Positions 35,501 through 47,943 are shown, counted from the whole stretch's first letter. The stretch: 57,341 bases of DNA, filler included, from Basidiobolus meristosporus CBS 931.73 (GCA_002104905.1; 3 parts of 3 records of this genome joined end to end with filler, not necessarily neighbours in it), one strand, 5' to 3'. Program-made: numbers and translations. Notes: generated by a model not told the origin, from the letters alone.

Positions 35501-36315
35501 ATATCTGTATATAGAATTTCAGTGCATGTATCTGTCTGCTTACTGTATTGCAATACCTCACAATCAAGTTGCCTAGATTGGATGGAGGGTGAATACGAGT
35601 CAAAGTAATATTTGTTTGTGTATTTGACATAGAAACTGCCCTATGTTAGGGAATCATTCAAATCATCGCATCGATTCATGCTCAGGATTTACTTTGATTC
35701 TATATAGATATTTATTAGCATTTGGATACGTCTCCGCTGTGAATCAAATCTAATGGTGATTTTTCAGTCACAGGCCCCTGTCACAGCCTGTCACAGACCG
35801 GATATACCTCTCCATAATTGCATGCCTTTCTCATAACCCCGAGCATCAGTGTTCTTGATTTTTCAGATGCAGGGAGCTTACTTTCAAACGCCTTGACAGT
35901 CTTGGAGCCAGCATTAGGTAAATCTCCACCAGCAAAGAAAGTAGTATTTCCTTCTTCGGCAAGTGTCTCCTTAGTCTTTGAAGCTCAGCTTCCTCTCTCA
36001 TTAGATAATATGGCTTGCCAAATGATTGGCAAGGGAGCAGTCACGTCCCTGCGATAAATAAAATGAGTAGGGGAGAGTAAGAGTAGCTGTTCCATATCGA
36101 TAGAATCATAAAGGCAAAAAGCGAGAGATTGAAGTGATTGTAGACAAACATGACCTCAGGAAGAACTTCAAGCACGCTTAGGAACAACACAACTCGGTCA
36201 GAGCACATTCTAAAAGTTTGAATAGTCTAGTTTATCCGGCATCGAGCATATAAATATGACTTACCTTACCTTATCCATGTTTTGACCTGATTGGGTGAAT
36301 TATCATTGAAACAGT

Positions 36316-36642
36316 TGTTACGTACTTAAAGAGTAATGTCCTTTAGATAGTACGAAAAGGGATAATGTGTATGTTATCTTGTAGATTCGACGGGGTAGTG
36401 TAAGAATATCTCTTTAAAAGGTTGGGGTGGTGACTTTGTAGAAATATATTCAAGCTAATATTCGTTCCTACTACGCTTTTCTGCCTATAACCAAAACTCC
36501 CTTTTTATTTAGTTGCTTGTTTGGTATTTATACCTTATTGTGAGTCTGGTGATTTGTCTTTGATTTGCTTTTCCTTGGCTACTAAGTCGTCTTTGTATGC
36601 GTTGATGTCACTTAACATCGAGTGACTCTCTACTCTGTAACA
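36316..36642. mobile_element. Solo LTR (tRNA-adjacent family 1), internally deleted
   Basis: TGTTAC...GTAACA, perfect 4-bp TSD CAGT (36312-36315 and 36643-36646), ~240 bp shorter than the 11766 copy, 13 bp upstream of a tRNA. Confidence 0.88.
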
Positions 36643-36655
36643 CAGTGTCCAAATT

Positions 36656-36737
36656 GTTGAGGTAGCCGGGTGGTCTTAGGCGCTGCGTTCAGGCCGCAGT
36701 CTCTTCGGAGGCGTGGGTTCGAACCCCGCCCTCATCA
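36656..36737 (+). tRNA. Diverged tRNA-Leu(CAG), possibly a pseudogene
   Basis: Homologous to 27229 with several substitutions, including an acceptor-stem mismatch; A and B boxes still recognisable. Confidence 0.7.
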
Positions 36738-37054
36738 TCTGTTTTACCAAAAAATCATGGCAGCAACTATAAGAGGAAGTATCACATTCCTAACAGTTAT
36801 TGAGCAGTCTAACCATTTCGAGTACGGTGACACCAAGATCAATCCATTAACAGTGATATGGTTATGTTCGGCTAGAAGCGCTGCCAGTTGAATATAACGA
36901 TACATTATATTTAACCCCTCCTACATCATAGGCTCCAGTGGAGGATAGAGTTGTTAAGCCCTGAGGCTTAGTAGTTAAGTATGTAAGCAAGCATGCAGTA
37001 CTAGCGCTTGCAGTTGTTATGTTGACTATTTTGCTCTGCTCAATGTTCTACGCA

Positions 37055-37510
37055 TTATGTCGCTACTACAGGGGTTGTATATTGTACATCCTGAGAGGAC
37101 TGCGTCAGAACGTAAGGATATGAAGAACTATCGCCCGAGTTTTCCGTTCCCCTTTGCTTAGCATATTCTAATGTGTTGGCCCCACCCTCCAGTTCGAGAC
37201 TAGGTCCTGCTTGATACTTGACGCTGAAGTCTTTATTGCTGTTGGCATTAGCAATGCTCAGGCTATGATACTTTTCGGTCACGGTGGTGATAACCTGGCG
37301 TAATAACAGTAATTGGACATTCGACATCCTAACGACAGGTAATACTCGGGCGTTTTGGTAGCAATCCTTGGCTTGTTGTGCATATGGTGAGCTATGGTAA
37401 TGGTCCTTTATATACTCAAGAGTGCATAGGGAAGAACAGCTGCTTGGGGCAGCAACAGTCACTTAATTCGTGGCAAGGCTTAGAATCACTGCTACGGTAG
37501 TAAAGCGCAT
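37055..37510 (-). pseudogene. Pseudogene of the 17414/27680 secreted protein family
   Basis: ATG at 37510; codon 16 is TAA where intact copies have CAA (Gln); downstream translation is homologous. Confidence 0.8.
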
Positions 37511-37569
37511 GCCGAAGAATAGCTAGGCAATATGAAAATTGCACAGGCCGCTATGTACCATAGGAGGCT

Positions 37570-38540
37570 ATATACAAGTCTTAACCGAGGGCAATGGCGG
37601 GAATACTGATGGTAATACAGAGTGGTTTACAGTAATTGCAGCAATGTAAATGGTGAAGATGATTTGTGTGCTTATGGCACTGGTCATGGTGGAGCCGGCA
37701 ACGGTGGGATAACAAAAATAACGGTAGCAGCAACGGTGAGAATAGCACCTGAATGCCAACCACTATATGTCGTTTGAGTACATGTAGCCTTACCACAGTA
37801 TCAGCAACTTGCTTAGCATGCTGATGACTCAAATACGGACTGCTTGGGTGTTTACCTTGCCCCACCGCGTGCACACATGGCCAAGAAACGTCAATACGGA
37901 AATTCACTCTGGCTAAATATGTGGGTTGAACAAGCCTGATGACAGCATCAGGCTCTTTATTTAATTATCCAAGAGTGATATGTTGCTTATCCCATCACGC
38001 GTTTCTCCAAACGGTGACAACCTTGCTGGCAATCATCGCCGACCGTGAGCTACCGACAGGCATGTCCCAGATACTCTCGAAAGTGTGGTATGGTCCTGCT
38101 GAGCTGTTGTTGCTCCAGGAGAAGTTTCTTCCTTCGTAGTCTTCATTTCCTTCGTCGGAGTCCTTCACCCGATTGTAGAGCCAGTTTGCAAAAGACATGG
38201 TGTATTCTTGCCAATATCCAGGCGTTGGCTAATCTTTTTATACGTGGAAATTATCCTTGTCACACTTGCTTGTGCTACTATGTGTTGCTCTTTTGCTACT
38301 GCTGTGCCATGCCTCTGAAGCCACCAAGCATAGCCCATCCAAAAGCCGTAATAGTTGTAGTTGCACTTCTAAATTATCACTGCCATCTATTTCAGGATCT
38401 AGCTGGTTCCAACCAAGATCCGCCCTAACAGTTTTTGTAGCAATATAGTTTAATCTAGCGTATTGCATATCCCGGATTGATGCTGTCAAGATAGATACTC
38501 TATGTGGCTTAGACCTTTTCAAAGTGCCATACTGGTTTGA
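37570..38540 (+). repeat. ~1 kb local duplication, second copy at ~40430-41375
   Basis: Near-identical ORF sets at 37995/40829, 38238/41072 and 38257/41091. Coding status unresolved. Confidence 0.85.
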
Positions 38541-39499
38541 TGCTCATCATCATGCTTGGCTCACTTGCAATACATGCGTAAGGATTGATGCTTGAGAATT
38601 ACATGTATATCGGATATTCAATAGAGATGTCATATAGGCTTACTTAATCCAGCACGTGCCCATTGATGCCACTAGCCATGAGTAGTCTTTCTAAACTTGC
38701 TCTACACTGAATCCAGAGCCTGTAGAGCTTCAGCTGTTTGTAATTTATTCTCAATTCCGGACCCTGTGCAACCTATCACTGTACGGGTTGCCCAGGAGTA
38801 TCTCAAATAACGCATGTTGCTGCTAACCCTTAAACTCAAGAATCTGCGAAGCAAACTCTTCAAGGGTGGTTGACAGTGTTGAAAGTTTTTTGATTTTCGC
38901 TGACATTCAGATTGGGCTTGGGTTGATGTCTACACAAATTGCTACTCGGATGATTGATGATGAAAGGAATCATACAAATATCCGTGAAGCCGTGCAATTT
39001 TCTAAGAAGCCTAAGGAGAATCATAAGCAGACCTCCCGGCTGATCAAGAAATACTGCGAATGACAGGTCTGAGATAACGGCTAATTTGGCACACCAAAAT
39101 CCGATTTCCCATTGATATTTAAAAACAAATTTACATATGTAGGATTATCAAGCACACACATTTCAATTCTTCGATGTAGATATCTTGAATCGAAAGCTTG
39201 CTAACCCTATAAAGTAATACAGCCAGTACGAAATGACGTATTTAGGAACAACAGATTTTGTCGAAAATTCACTCAATTTTATCCTAAAAAACCTTTGGAC
39301 CATTACCCATATCCGGATAGAATCTGGTTAGTACGTTCATCAAGTGCCAGGTTTTTTATTACGCATCACTGTATAATGGGCTAAACCTTTCGTATAAGCT
39401 GATGTATTTGACTTGGGCTTTACTGAGCAATTCCTCTAAGGGAAAGTTGTGTTTTCGAAAGGCTTTGGATTATTACCAATCATGGCATGGTGGCTCATC

Positions 39500-40110
39500 C
39501 GTAGTAAACAATAACATCCTCTGAGCCAGCTGGTATACTCATAGCAATGGCTGAGACATTCAAATGGACAAAGCCGCATGCTTCAAGATTTTTTGCTTAT
39601 TCCGAGGCAGGATGGAGCTTCATCAATGCACAAGTTGGTATCAATTAGAGGCATGAATGGGTGACTGAACATGTAGTGATCAGATAGTTGTTGCAACCAA
39701 ATTCACAATCGACTACAAATCCTACCAGCTGGGAAAGGGCAAGAACCCCAACTAAACTGTCCATCGTTGACAAAGACTTCACATCAATGTCCGTGAATCC
39801 TTCGTGAGCCTACAAGAGAATTGTGTTGATATCATCAGTATTCATATGTGGGATCATACAGCCTCCATGGACATACCATATCCACGATACTCTAGCATGG
39901 GTGTTTAGCACTGCAAATTATCCGGCAAGACACCTTTCAGTATTTGCCAGGGATGATGGAATATTCTACACTGGGATTTTGAACGTGAGATGATTCCAAT
40001 GGCTTGCCACCTTTGTATGCCTCTGGTACCGTTCGGTATACTTGGTGGTTGAGAGTTCCAAATCCATGCGGCAATGAATATGCGTAAAAAGTGGGTCAAG
40101 ATCCTGAGGA
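39500..40110 (+). pseudogene. Aryl-alcohol dehydrogenase (AAD-type aldo-keto reductase) pseudogene
   Basis: Frame-broken peptides DQIVVATKFTIDYKSYQLGKGKNPN, LHINVRESF..LQENCVDIISIHMWD, DTLAWVFSTANY and GKTPFS..QG*WNILHWDFEREMIPMA follow the yeast Aad protein sequence in order. Confidence 0.8.
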
Positions 40111-41963
40111 GAAAAATAGAGTCACTTTTTCCTTCCTAAGTGGCTGACTTGCATTCATGTCTCGGAAATATTGGTACAAGCCTCATTGATGTAGGCCACT
40201 CATGTATCGCCAAGTGGGGCTGCAAAGCAAAGGTTACAACTAACAAACAGTTGGGAGCTGCAAAGCTCGATCCCGGATTCTCTCATATATGCTGTGGCAG
40301 CATAAATAGCAACGGTAGAGATAATAAAAGAAATAGTGGAAATGATGGGAGTGCTAATAATCCTGCTGATGGCGGAAACAGTGTAGGTCAGGGTGACAAT
40401 GCCAAGGGCAGCGACGGGAATAGGTGATTGCGGTAGCAACGGCAATGGCGGAAATGCTGATGGTAATACAGGTGGTTACAGTAATTGCGGCAATGTAAAT
40501 GGTGAAGATGATTTGTGTGTTTATGGCACTGGTCACGGTGGGATAACAAAAATAACGGTAGCAGCAACGGTGAGAATAGCACCTGAATGCCAACCACTAT
40601 ATGACGTTTGAGTACATGTAGCCTTACCACAGTATCAGTAATTTGCTTTGCATGCTGATGACTCAAATACGGACTGCTTGAGTGCTCACCTTGCCACAAT
40701 GCATGCACACATGGCCAAGAAATGTCAATGCGGAAATTCACTCTGGCTAAATATGTGGGTTGAACAAGCCTGATGACAGCATCAGGCTCTTTATTTAATT
40801 ATCCAAGAGTGATATGTTGCTTATCCCATCACGCGTTTCTCCAAACGGTGACTACCTTGCTAGCAATTGTTGCTGAACGTGAGCTACCGACGGGCATGTC
40901 CCAGATTTTCTCGTAGCTGTAGTATGGTCCTGCAGGGCTGTTGTTGCTCCAGGAGAAGTTTCTTCCTTCGTAGTCTTCATTTCCTTCGTCGGAGTCCTTC
41001 ACCCGATTGTAGAGCCAGTTTGCAAAAGACATGGTGTATTCTTGCCAATATCCAGGCGTTGGCTAATCTTTTTATACGTGGAAATTATCCTTGTCACACT
41101 TGCTTGTGCTACTATGTGTTGCTCTTTTGCTACTGCTGTGCCATGCCTCTGAAGCCACCAAGCATAGCCCATCCAAAAGCCGTAATAGTTGTAGTTGCAC
41201 TTCTAAATTATCACTGCCATCTATTTCAGGATCTAGCTGGTTCCAACCAAGATCCGCCCTAACAGTTTTTGTAGCAATATAGTTTAATCTAGCGTATTGC
41301 ATATCCCGGATTGATGCTGTCAAGATAGATCCTCTATGTGGCTTAGACCTTATCAAAGTGCTATATTGGCTTGATGCTCACTATTACGCTTCCGCTCACT
41401 TGCGAGAGACTCTGGCATATGATAATATGATTAGCTGGTTTGTTCAATCTGGTGTTGATGATTAATCTGCCTAATAATTGTCAGCAACTATATATCACTA
41501 CAAAAATCCCAACTCCAGAATTGTAATATTTCAGCCCAAGATATGATGGTATTCAGTTGATACACTGATACATTGTGAATCTTTTCACACGGCTGCGTTT
41601 TTGAGCTCTCATGGTTTTGAAAATAGTTGCAATCTATGCGTAGATATCAAATACATACCATGCATGGTAGGACCTGCCATGATGGATTATAACTAGCTCT
41701 TAAAGTGACTGTAACTGCCTTAGCGCAAAATTCTCCTTTGAAGCAAGTCAATAAAGTTAAAGATAAGCTATGTATATTAAGTCAGCTCTCAACATTGTCT
41801 TTCAGGGATATATACTGAAATGTTCTCTTGTTTCCTAGAATAAGTGATAATAGCTACTTCATAAAATGTGTAGTAAGCAGTCTTAAGGGTATTGCAGAGT
41901 GTGGTGCTGGTTTTTGGTGGGTTTTGGAGCTATTTGAAATGACCAGGGGGGACATTGCCTGTA

Positions 41964-42853
41964 GGGGGGAGACAGTCACCAATTTGTGAAATCTTTATTT
42001 TGGTTGAAACAAAGAAGCCAGTACTACTGTTGTAGCCTTCATACAAAGATGGGTAGCTGAGGGGAATTGGTAGGTCAGTTAATAAGGAGAAATGATAGCT
42101 CTTCAGTGCTCAAGATACTGTTCAGTGGGAAGGGGTGTAGCAAGAGGCATGAGAATAATTTATGAACAAAATTAATGAGGGGAATATGATATGGATTGAT
42201 GCAGATCATTAAGTGAGTGTGCTACTTAAGATATTACTGCCAAAGGTCTGTCATGTATTTTAGGTATGCCAACTTGGGTTTTTCTGACTACAGTATATAT
42301 TGAGCAAACTACTCTACATTAGAATCTCCAAGTATAGTACTCCAGCAGGAGCCAGGTGTAGTGTGGTCAATGCACTTTCAGACCTTGATCAGTGGGTTGT
42401 TGCAGTGGTTAAGGCTGAGCTAGATTCTGGCTCTAAGGTAGAGAAGTCTGATCTTGTAGGGCATAAACCTAAAAGCATCAATAATAGCATATCTGTAGGA
42501 GCATTCAGGCAGATGGGGTAATGCACCAAACAGAAAACTTGTCAAGCATAGTGCAGTTGCTAGAAGTAAGAAAACAGAGTGGTGAGCCAAATGCCAAGAC
42601 AGGGAAGACAAACTGCATATGTAGAAGCTGGCAGTTGGGAGCTGAAGTTATAGGAGGATTGACAGCTAGTAGCTTGTAGAGTGCTTGTCTTTCCAGGGTG
42701 ATTCTCTTCTTCAGGTGTGCTCCAGAGTCTAGTCCAGTAGGAAGGAGTGGAAAGCCAAGATATGTGAAGAAACTTGAGCAGGTAGAGTGCAGCTCTCTAG
42801 GTATATTGGATTACCCTGAGACACTACTAGGCAATGGAAGTCTGAAGATAATT
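41964..42853 (-). mobile_element. Older, diverged LINE family A copy (3' part)
   Basis: Same 3' signature and ORF2 C-terminal homology with many substitutions and indels; interrupted at 42854 by an LTR. Confidence 0.85.
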
Positions 42854-43330
42854 TGAGTTGTGCATCAACATTTAAAACTTAGCCAATTTTACTCCTTTAG
42901 AAAATCTAGTACCCTCACTGATTTTCCCTGACCCATACATAATTAATCCCAGTTATGGTTTATTTTATCTCATTTTAGTATCTATCATTATCTATTACAC
43001 CTCATCAATTCTCATGTGGCTATTATGTTATCAAGTTATCTGCCAAGCCTTCCCAGGTGATTAGTCAACTGAGATCTATCCAACAACTTAGCAGTTGCCA
43101 AGACATCAGCTGATTAATGAAGCAATTTTAATTTATCTTATGCACTTATCAGCACCCTTACAGATTTGAATTAGTCCAGTCTCTTTGGGCTTACTAATTC
43201 AACTTGACTAGAAAAGTATAAATATGGTTTACTGAACCTTTTGGTTTAGTGTGTATCTCAAAAAAATTAAGATTGTGTCACTGCAAAATTAAGAACTCAA
43301 CAATTACCTTCTAGCATCTACCAAGCCTAG
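42854..43330 (+). mobile_element. Truncated LTR (family of 24290-24990)
   Basis: TGAGTTGTGCATCAACATTTAAAACTT... collinear with 24290; broken at CCAAGCCTAG and followed by GGTTAGGCTTAGGG. Confidence 0.8.
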
Positions 43331-43341
43331 GGTTAGGCTTA

Positions 43342-43836
43342 GGGGAGGGAAAGTCACCAAGGTAAGTGAAATCTTTATTTGATTTCAGACAAGTCTAACT
43401 GCAAATAAAGAAGCCAGCTGGGAATAGAAAATTCCCAAAGTAAACACTAAGTTGAATATGAATAAATCTAAGCTAAAGTTAAGACAGTATCCCAGAGTGC
43501 ACTGGAGTTCAGGTTCATGGGGGAGTGAAGTAGATAAGCTTGAGAGAAATAATAATCTTTGAGGAAGTGGGTAACAGCAGGTGAAGGGGAGTTTTTGATA
43601 AGTGAAGTGAATCTTAAGATCAGAGACTCCTCTAATGAGAAGGTCTTGTAATCTGGAGAATCAGGAAACTCTTTGAAGGCATGGTCAGTAGGTTCCCAGT
43701 AAAACTGGTCAGAGACATTTTGAGAGAATTCTTTAGCAATACTTTTGTCAAGTACGACCTCCAGAGTGTGATGGTTGATAAATCTTGTGTTGACAATCTT
43801 GGATAAGTTGTAACCTTATTGCCTGAGATACATCTT
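43342..43836 (-). mobile_element. Telomeric family B: ORF1-only non-LTR element, 5' truncated
   Basis: Frame ending at TAG 43468-43470 is homologous to the LINE A ORF1 C-terminus and is followed ~125 nt later by the shared 3' hairpin end, with no ORF2. Confidence 0.8.
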
Positions 43837-45065
43837 GGGGGGGAGACAGCCACCAACAGGTGAAATCTTTATTTCAGCTGAAACAAAGAAGCCAGTGCTA
43901 CTGTTGTAGCTTTGATACAAGAGTGTGTAGCTGAGGGGAATTTGTAGGTAAGTTAATAACAAGTGATGATAGCTCTTCAGTGCTCAAGACACTGTTCAGT
44001 GGGAAGGGGGGTAGCAAGAGAGGTAAGAATGACTTGTGAACAACATTAATGAGGGGAATGTGATAAGGATTGATATTCATCATAAAGGGAGTGTGCTGCT
44101 GCAGATATTGCTGCCAAAGGTCTGTCAAGTACTTCAGGTAGGCCAGCTTGGGTTTTTCTGACTGCAGAATATAGTGAGCAAACCTCTTGACTTCAGGATC
44201 TCCAAGTATAGTTCTCCAGCAGGAGCCAGGTGTTGTGTGGTGTGTTCTCTTCTAGGCCTTAATCAGTGGGTTGTTGCAGTTGTGAAGTCTGAGGTATAAT
44301 CTGGTTCTAAGGTAGAGATGTCTGATCTTATAGGGCATAAACCCAAAAGCACCAAGAATAGCATGTCTGTAGGGGCATTCAGGCAAATGAGGCACCAAGG
44401 AGGTAATGCACCATACTGCAAACTTGTCAAGCTTAGTGCAGTCTCTAGAAGTAAGAGAGAGAAGTGGTAAGCCAAATTCCAGGACAGGGAAGACAAACTG
44501 CTTGAGTAGAAGAAGGCAGCTGGGAGCTGAAGTTGTAGGAGGAGTAACAGCCAGTAGCTTGTGGAGGGCCTGTCTTGCCAGGATAATTCTCTTCTTCAGG
44601 TGTGCTCCAGAGTCTAGTCCAGTAGGAAGGAAAGGAAAGCCAAGATAAGTAGCAGAAACCTGAGCAGGTAGAGTGGAGTTCTCCAAGTTGATGGGAGAGC
44701 CCAAAGGTACTGTCTTTGCAATGGAAAGCTGGAGATTATTCTTCTGCAGATACTGGTGGATGGTCTGGGAGTCTTGTTGCACATTGGAGGAGGATATTCC
44801 GATGTCATCAGCAAAGAGAGTAACCAGGCAGTCAGCTGAGAGTCTTGGGAAATCATTCAGGAAGATGGCAAACAGTATAGGACCAAGCACAGAGCCTTGA
44901 ACTACTCCATTAGGAACTGAGAATACAGCTGATTGCTCACTTGGGTGCAGAATTCTTGCTTGTGGATCCACAAATAAGACCTGACAAGGAGGGTGAGAGA
45001 GGTACTGGAGAAGCATTGCAACTTGGACCAAAGCAGATTTCTGTCAACTGAATCAAAGGCCTTAG
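43837..45065 (-). mobile_element. LINE family A, 5' truncated within RT
   Basis: Near-identical to 53482-54711; includes GVVQGSVLGP and LFADD. Confidence 0.95.
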
Positions 45066-45070
45066 GGTTA

Positions 45071-45680
45071 GGGGGAGACAGTCACCAACAGGTGAAATCT
45101 TTATTTCAGTTGAAACAAAGAAGCCAGCGCTACTGTTGTAGCTTTGATACAAGAGTGTGTAGCTGCGGGGAATTTGTAGGTAAGTCAATAAGAAGTGATG
45201 ATAGTTCTTCAGTGCTCAAGACACTGTTCAGTGGGAAGGGGGGTAGCAAGAGAGGTAAGAATGACTTGTGAACAGCATTAATGAGGGGAATGTGATAAGG
45301 ATTGATATTCATCATAAAGGGAGTGTGCTGCTGCAGATATTGCTGCCAAAGGTCTGTCAAGTACTTCAGGTAGGCCAGCTTGGGTTTTTCTGACTGCAGA
45401 ATATATTGAGCAAACTTCTTGACTTCAGGATCTCCAAGTATAGTTCTCCAGCAGGAGCCAGGTGCAGTGTGGTGTGTTCTCTTCCAGGCCTTAATCAGTG
45501 AGTTGTTGCAGTGGTGAAGTCTGAGCTATAATCTGGTTCTAAGGTAGAGAAGTCTGATCTTATAGGGCATAAACCCAAAAGCACCAAGAATAGCATGTCT
45601 GTAGGGGCATTCAGGCAAATGAGGCACCAAGGAGGTAATGCACCATACTGCAAACTTGTCAAGCTTAGTGCAGTCTCTAG
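45071..45680 (-). mobile_element. LINE family A, 5' truncated and capped by the telomere
   Basis: Near-identical to 53482-54092; ends at CAGTCTCTAG, where telomeric repeats begin. Confidence 0.95.
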
Positions 45681-45905
45681 GGTTAGGGTTAGGGTTAGGG
45701 TTAGGGTTAGGGTTAGGGTTAGGGTTAGGGTTAGGGTTAGGGTTAGGGTTAGGGTTAGGGTTAGGGTTAGGGTTAGGGTTAGGGTTAGGGTTAGGGTTAG
45801 GGTTAGGGTTAGGGTTAGGTTAGGGTTAGGGTTAGGGTTAGGGTTAGGGTTAGGGTTAGGGTTAGGGTTAGGGTTAGGGTTAGGGTTAGGGTTAGGGTTA
45901 GGGTT
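45678..45905 (+). repeat. Telomeric (TTAGGG)n tract, contig 2 end
   Basis: About 38 repeats with one TTAGG variant near 45815. Confidence 0.98.
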
Positions 45906-46005
45906 NNNNNNNNNNNNNNNNNNNNNNNNNNNNNNNNNNNNNNNNNNNNTTAATTAATTAANNNNNNNNNNNNNNNNNNNNNNNNNNNNNNNNNNNNNNN
46001 NNNNN
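45906..46005. other. Artificial contig spacer
   Basis: N-run containing TTAATTAATTAA. Confidence 0.97.
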
Positions 46006-47358
46006 CTCACTACTAATTTGCCTCGCTTAAATTTCTAAGCGAGTTCCGAAATGGGGTCGAATAGGAATTACCAAATAATATTTCACTTTATTGCTGATTT
46101 TTTAAAGTTCCGTGAGGGGGACTTGTGAGAAGGGTCTAGCACCTTCAATATTGTGCTATCTTTTAGCAAACCCTAGGATTCTCAAAGGATATCAACCCCT
46201 ATCAGAATATATGATTACATGTAGTGGAATATACTTAAGCTCTTAATTATCAGCATTTTCTTACATGCTACTCTGACAACCCAACCTTCATCCATATAAT
46301 TCTCAAAGGCTTTCTTCTCTTTTATGCCAACTGAAAAGCCTGCGACGAGGATATGTGTAGTATACAGAATAGAGATGCGAGTGAATTCGACTTGAATGAT
46401 GGATTTTCCGAAGAGGTGGCGAAAAATGGCATCGCATGAGTTCCCAACCCTTTGATAATAGAAAGAAATGCGTTGAGCAGTACAAAATGTGCAAGTATGT
46501 TTGTTAGAGTAATGCTCAGTCTAATGGGTCGCGAATATAATGGAGGATTTTCCGAAGAGGTGGCTAGCCTTGGACCTGTTGGAAGAATATCTCAGCATTT
46601 CACGTATGAATTTAGTGATGCTCGCTAGGAGGTGGGATTCGCCTCTGAAAGCCACAAATATGTTTTAGGATATTTAGTTACAAGACAGCGGGAACGAATC
46701 GGGTGTTTAGACTAACTTTATATATTACCATTGATATGCATATTTGGATGATAACGTATCATAGGCACGTTTCGAATATCTCGATCTCCAAGAAAATATA
46801 TGGCAATGACCGGATAACTGGCTAATCCAACCAATCATGTATCATATATTTTCCAGAAGCTAAATTATTTAGCGATGCATACTTGATTTGTGCCAGTGTG
46901 TGAAATTCACAAGCCATTAACCATTTGGAAAGAGATAGATGTTTCCAGCGCGTAGTTGATAGTTCCCGAGCACTTATCATAATTTTTAGTTCCATAGGAA
47001 TTCTGAAAAACTTTGAGCGCTAGGTTTGTTGATAGTATTCCGAAAAATCCTTGCAAAATTTCAACGTAGTCCAGAGTCATGAAATAGGTGCAAACTGTTG
47101 CCCCGTAAAGAATCTCACTCCAATGTTTAATCTGTAAATCTAGCCACTCCAATCGGTAGCCTATCTATATCCGGTAGTGGTCATTTACCTCTTATTCGTT
47201 ACCGAGCGTTATTCTTGATCAATTATTAGGTGTTATTTGAATACGGTATTTCTAGGGTTTGCTTCTCATAATCTATACTATCAGGCAAGGCACACACAAA
47301 CATATAAATATCACCTCTCAGAAAAATCTTTCAACCCAACCTACTTCCAACTGACGAA

Positions 47359-47943
47359 ATGCAAATCATCAAGTCTCTCTTCGCTGCTTTGGCTACCGCT
47401 ACCTTCCTCTTGGGTATTGCGGCTGGCGCTCCTGTTGATTGCTGCGACGGTCTCACCCAAGAACAACAGAGCCAAATTGGGCTAAATGCTTGTTCTTCAA
47501 CCGATGTTATAATTCAGTCTGTGCCTGCAATCGTTACAGAATACCTGAACAAGACCCCCTACACTGTTGGTGTCTCCGACTTCATTACCGGTGCTAACTT
47601 GATTGGCCTGCAAGAAGGAGGCAGTAGCCTCACTGACCTGTACGAAGCCTCGTACAACTACTACAACTACAACCAGTGCTACAACTTCGAGACAGCCACC
47701 GATATGCAGGTCTACATCACCTATGGACAGTCGGACGAGGCCGGACTCTACTGCTACTACAGCAACTGGAACTGCTATGGCGAGGAGGTGTGCATCAAGA
47801 ACAATGGCAACACCATTGTTCCAGTATCTGACGATGTCCGCAAGACCGGAATCAAGAGCACGATGCTGAAGAAGTTCCATGACAGCATCAATGATATTGT
47901 ACCTGACGAGGCGCCCGAGAATGCCATCTCATGGGTGTATTAG
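47359..47943 (+). CDS. Secreted protein (194 aa); C-terminal half possibly beta/gamma-crystallin-like
   Basis: Signal peptide ending AAGA|P, strong C-ending codon bias, NQCYNF...CYYSNWNCYG pattern. Confidence 0.8.
   Translation: MQIIKSLFAALATATFLLGIAAGAPVDCCDGLTQEQQSQIGLNACSSTDVIIQSVPAIVTEYLNKTPYTVGVSDFITGANLIGLQEGGSSLTDLYEASYNYYNYNQCYNFETATDMQVYITYGQSDEAGLYCYYSNWNCYGEEVCIKNNGNTIVPVSDDVRKTGIKSTMLKKFHDSINDIVPDEAPENAISWVY

Noticed and set aside
38257-38448. 63-aa signal-peptide-like ORF (copy at 41091)
   Set aside because: Identical only because the duplication is recent; overlaps competing ORFs on both strands; coding strand cannot be determined.
46401-46564. 20-bp direct repeat GGATTTTCCGAAGAGGTGGC (two copies)
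   Set aside because: Only two copies ~143 bp apart with no array or element structure; not CRISPR-like.
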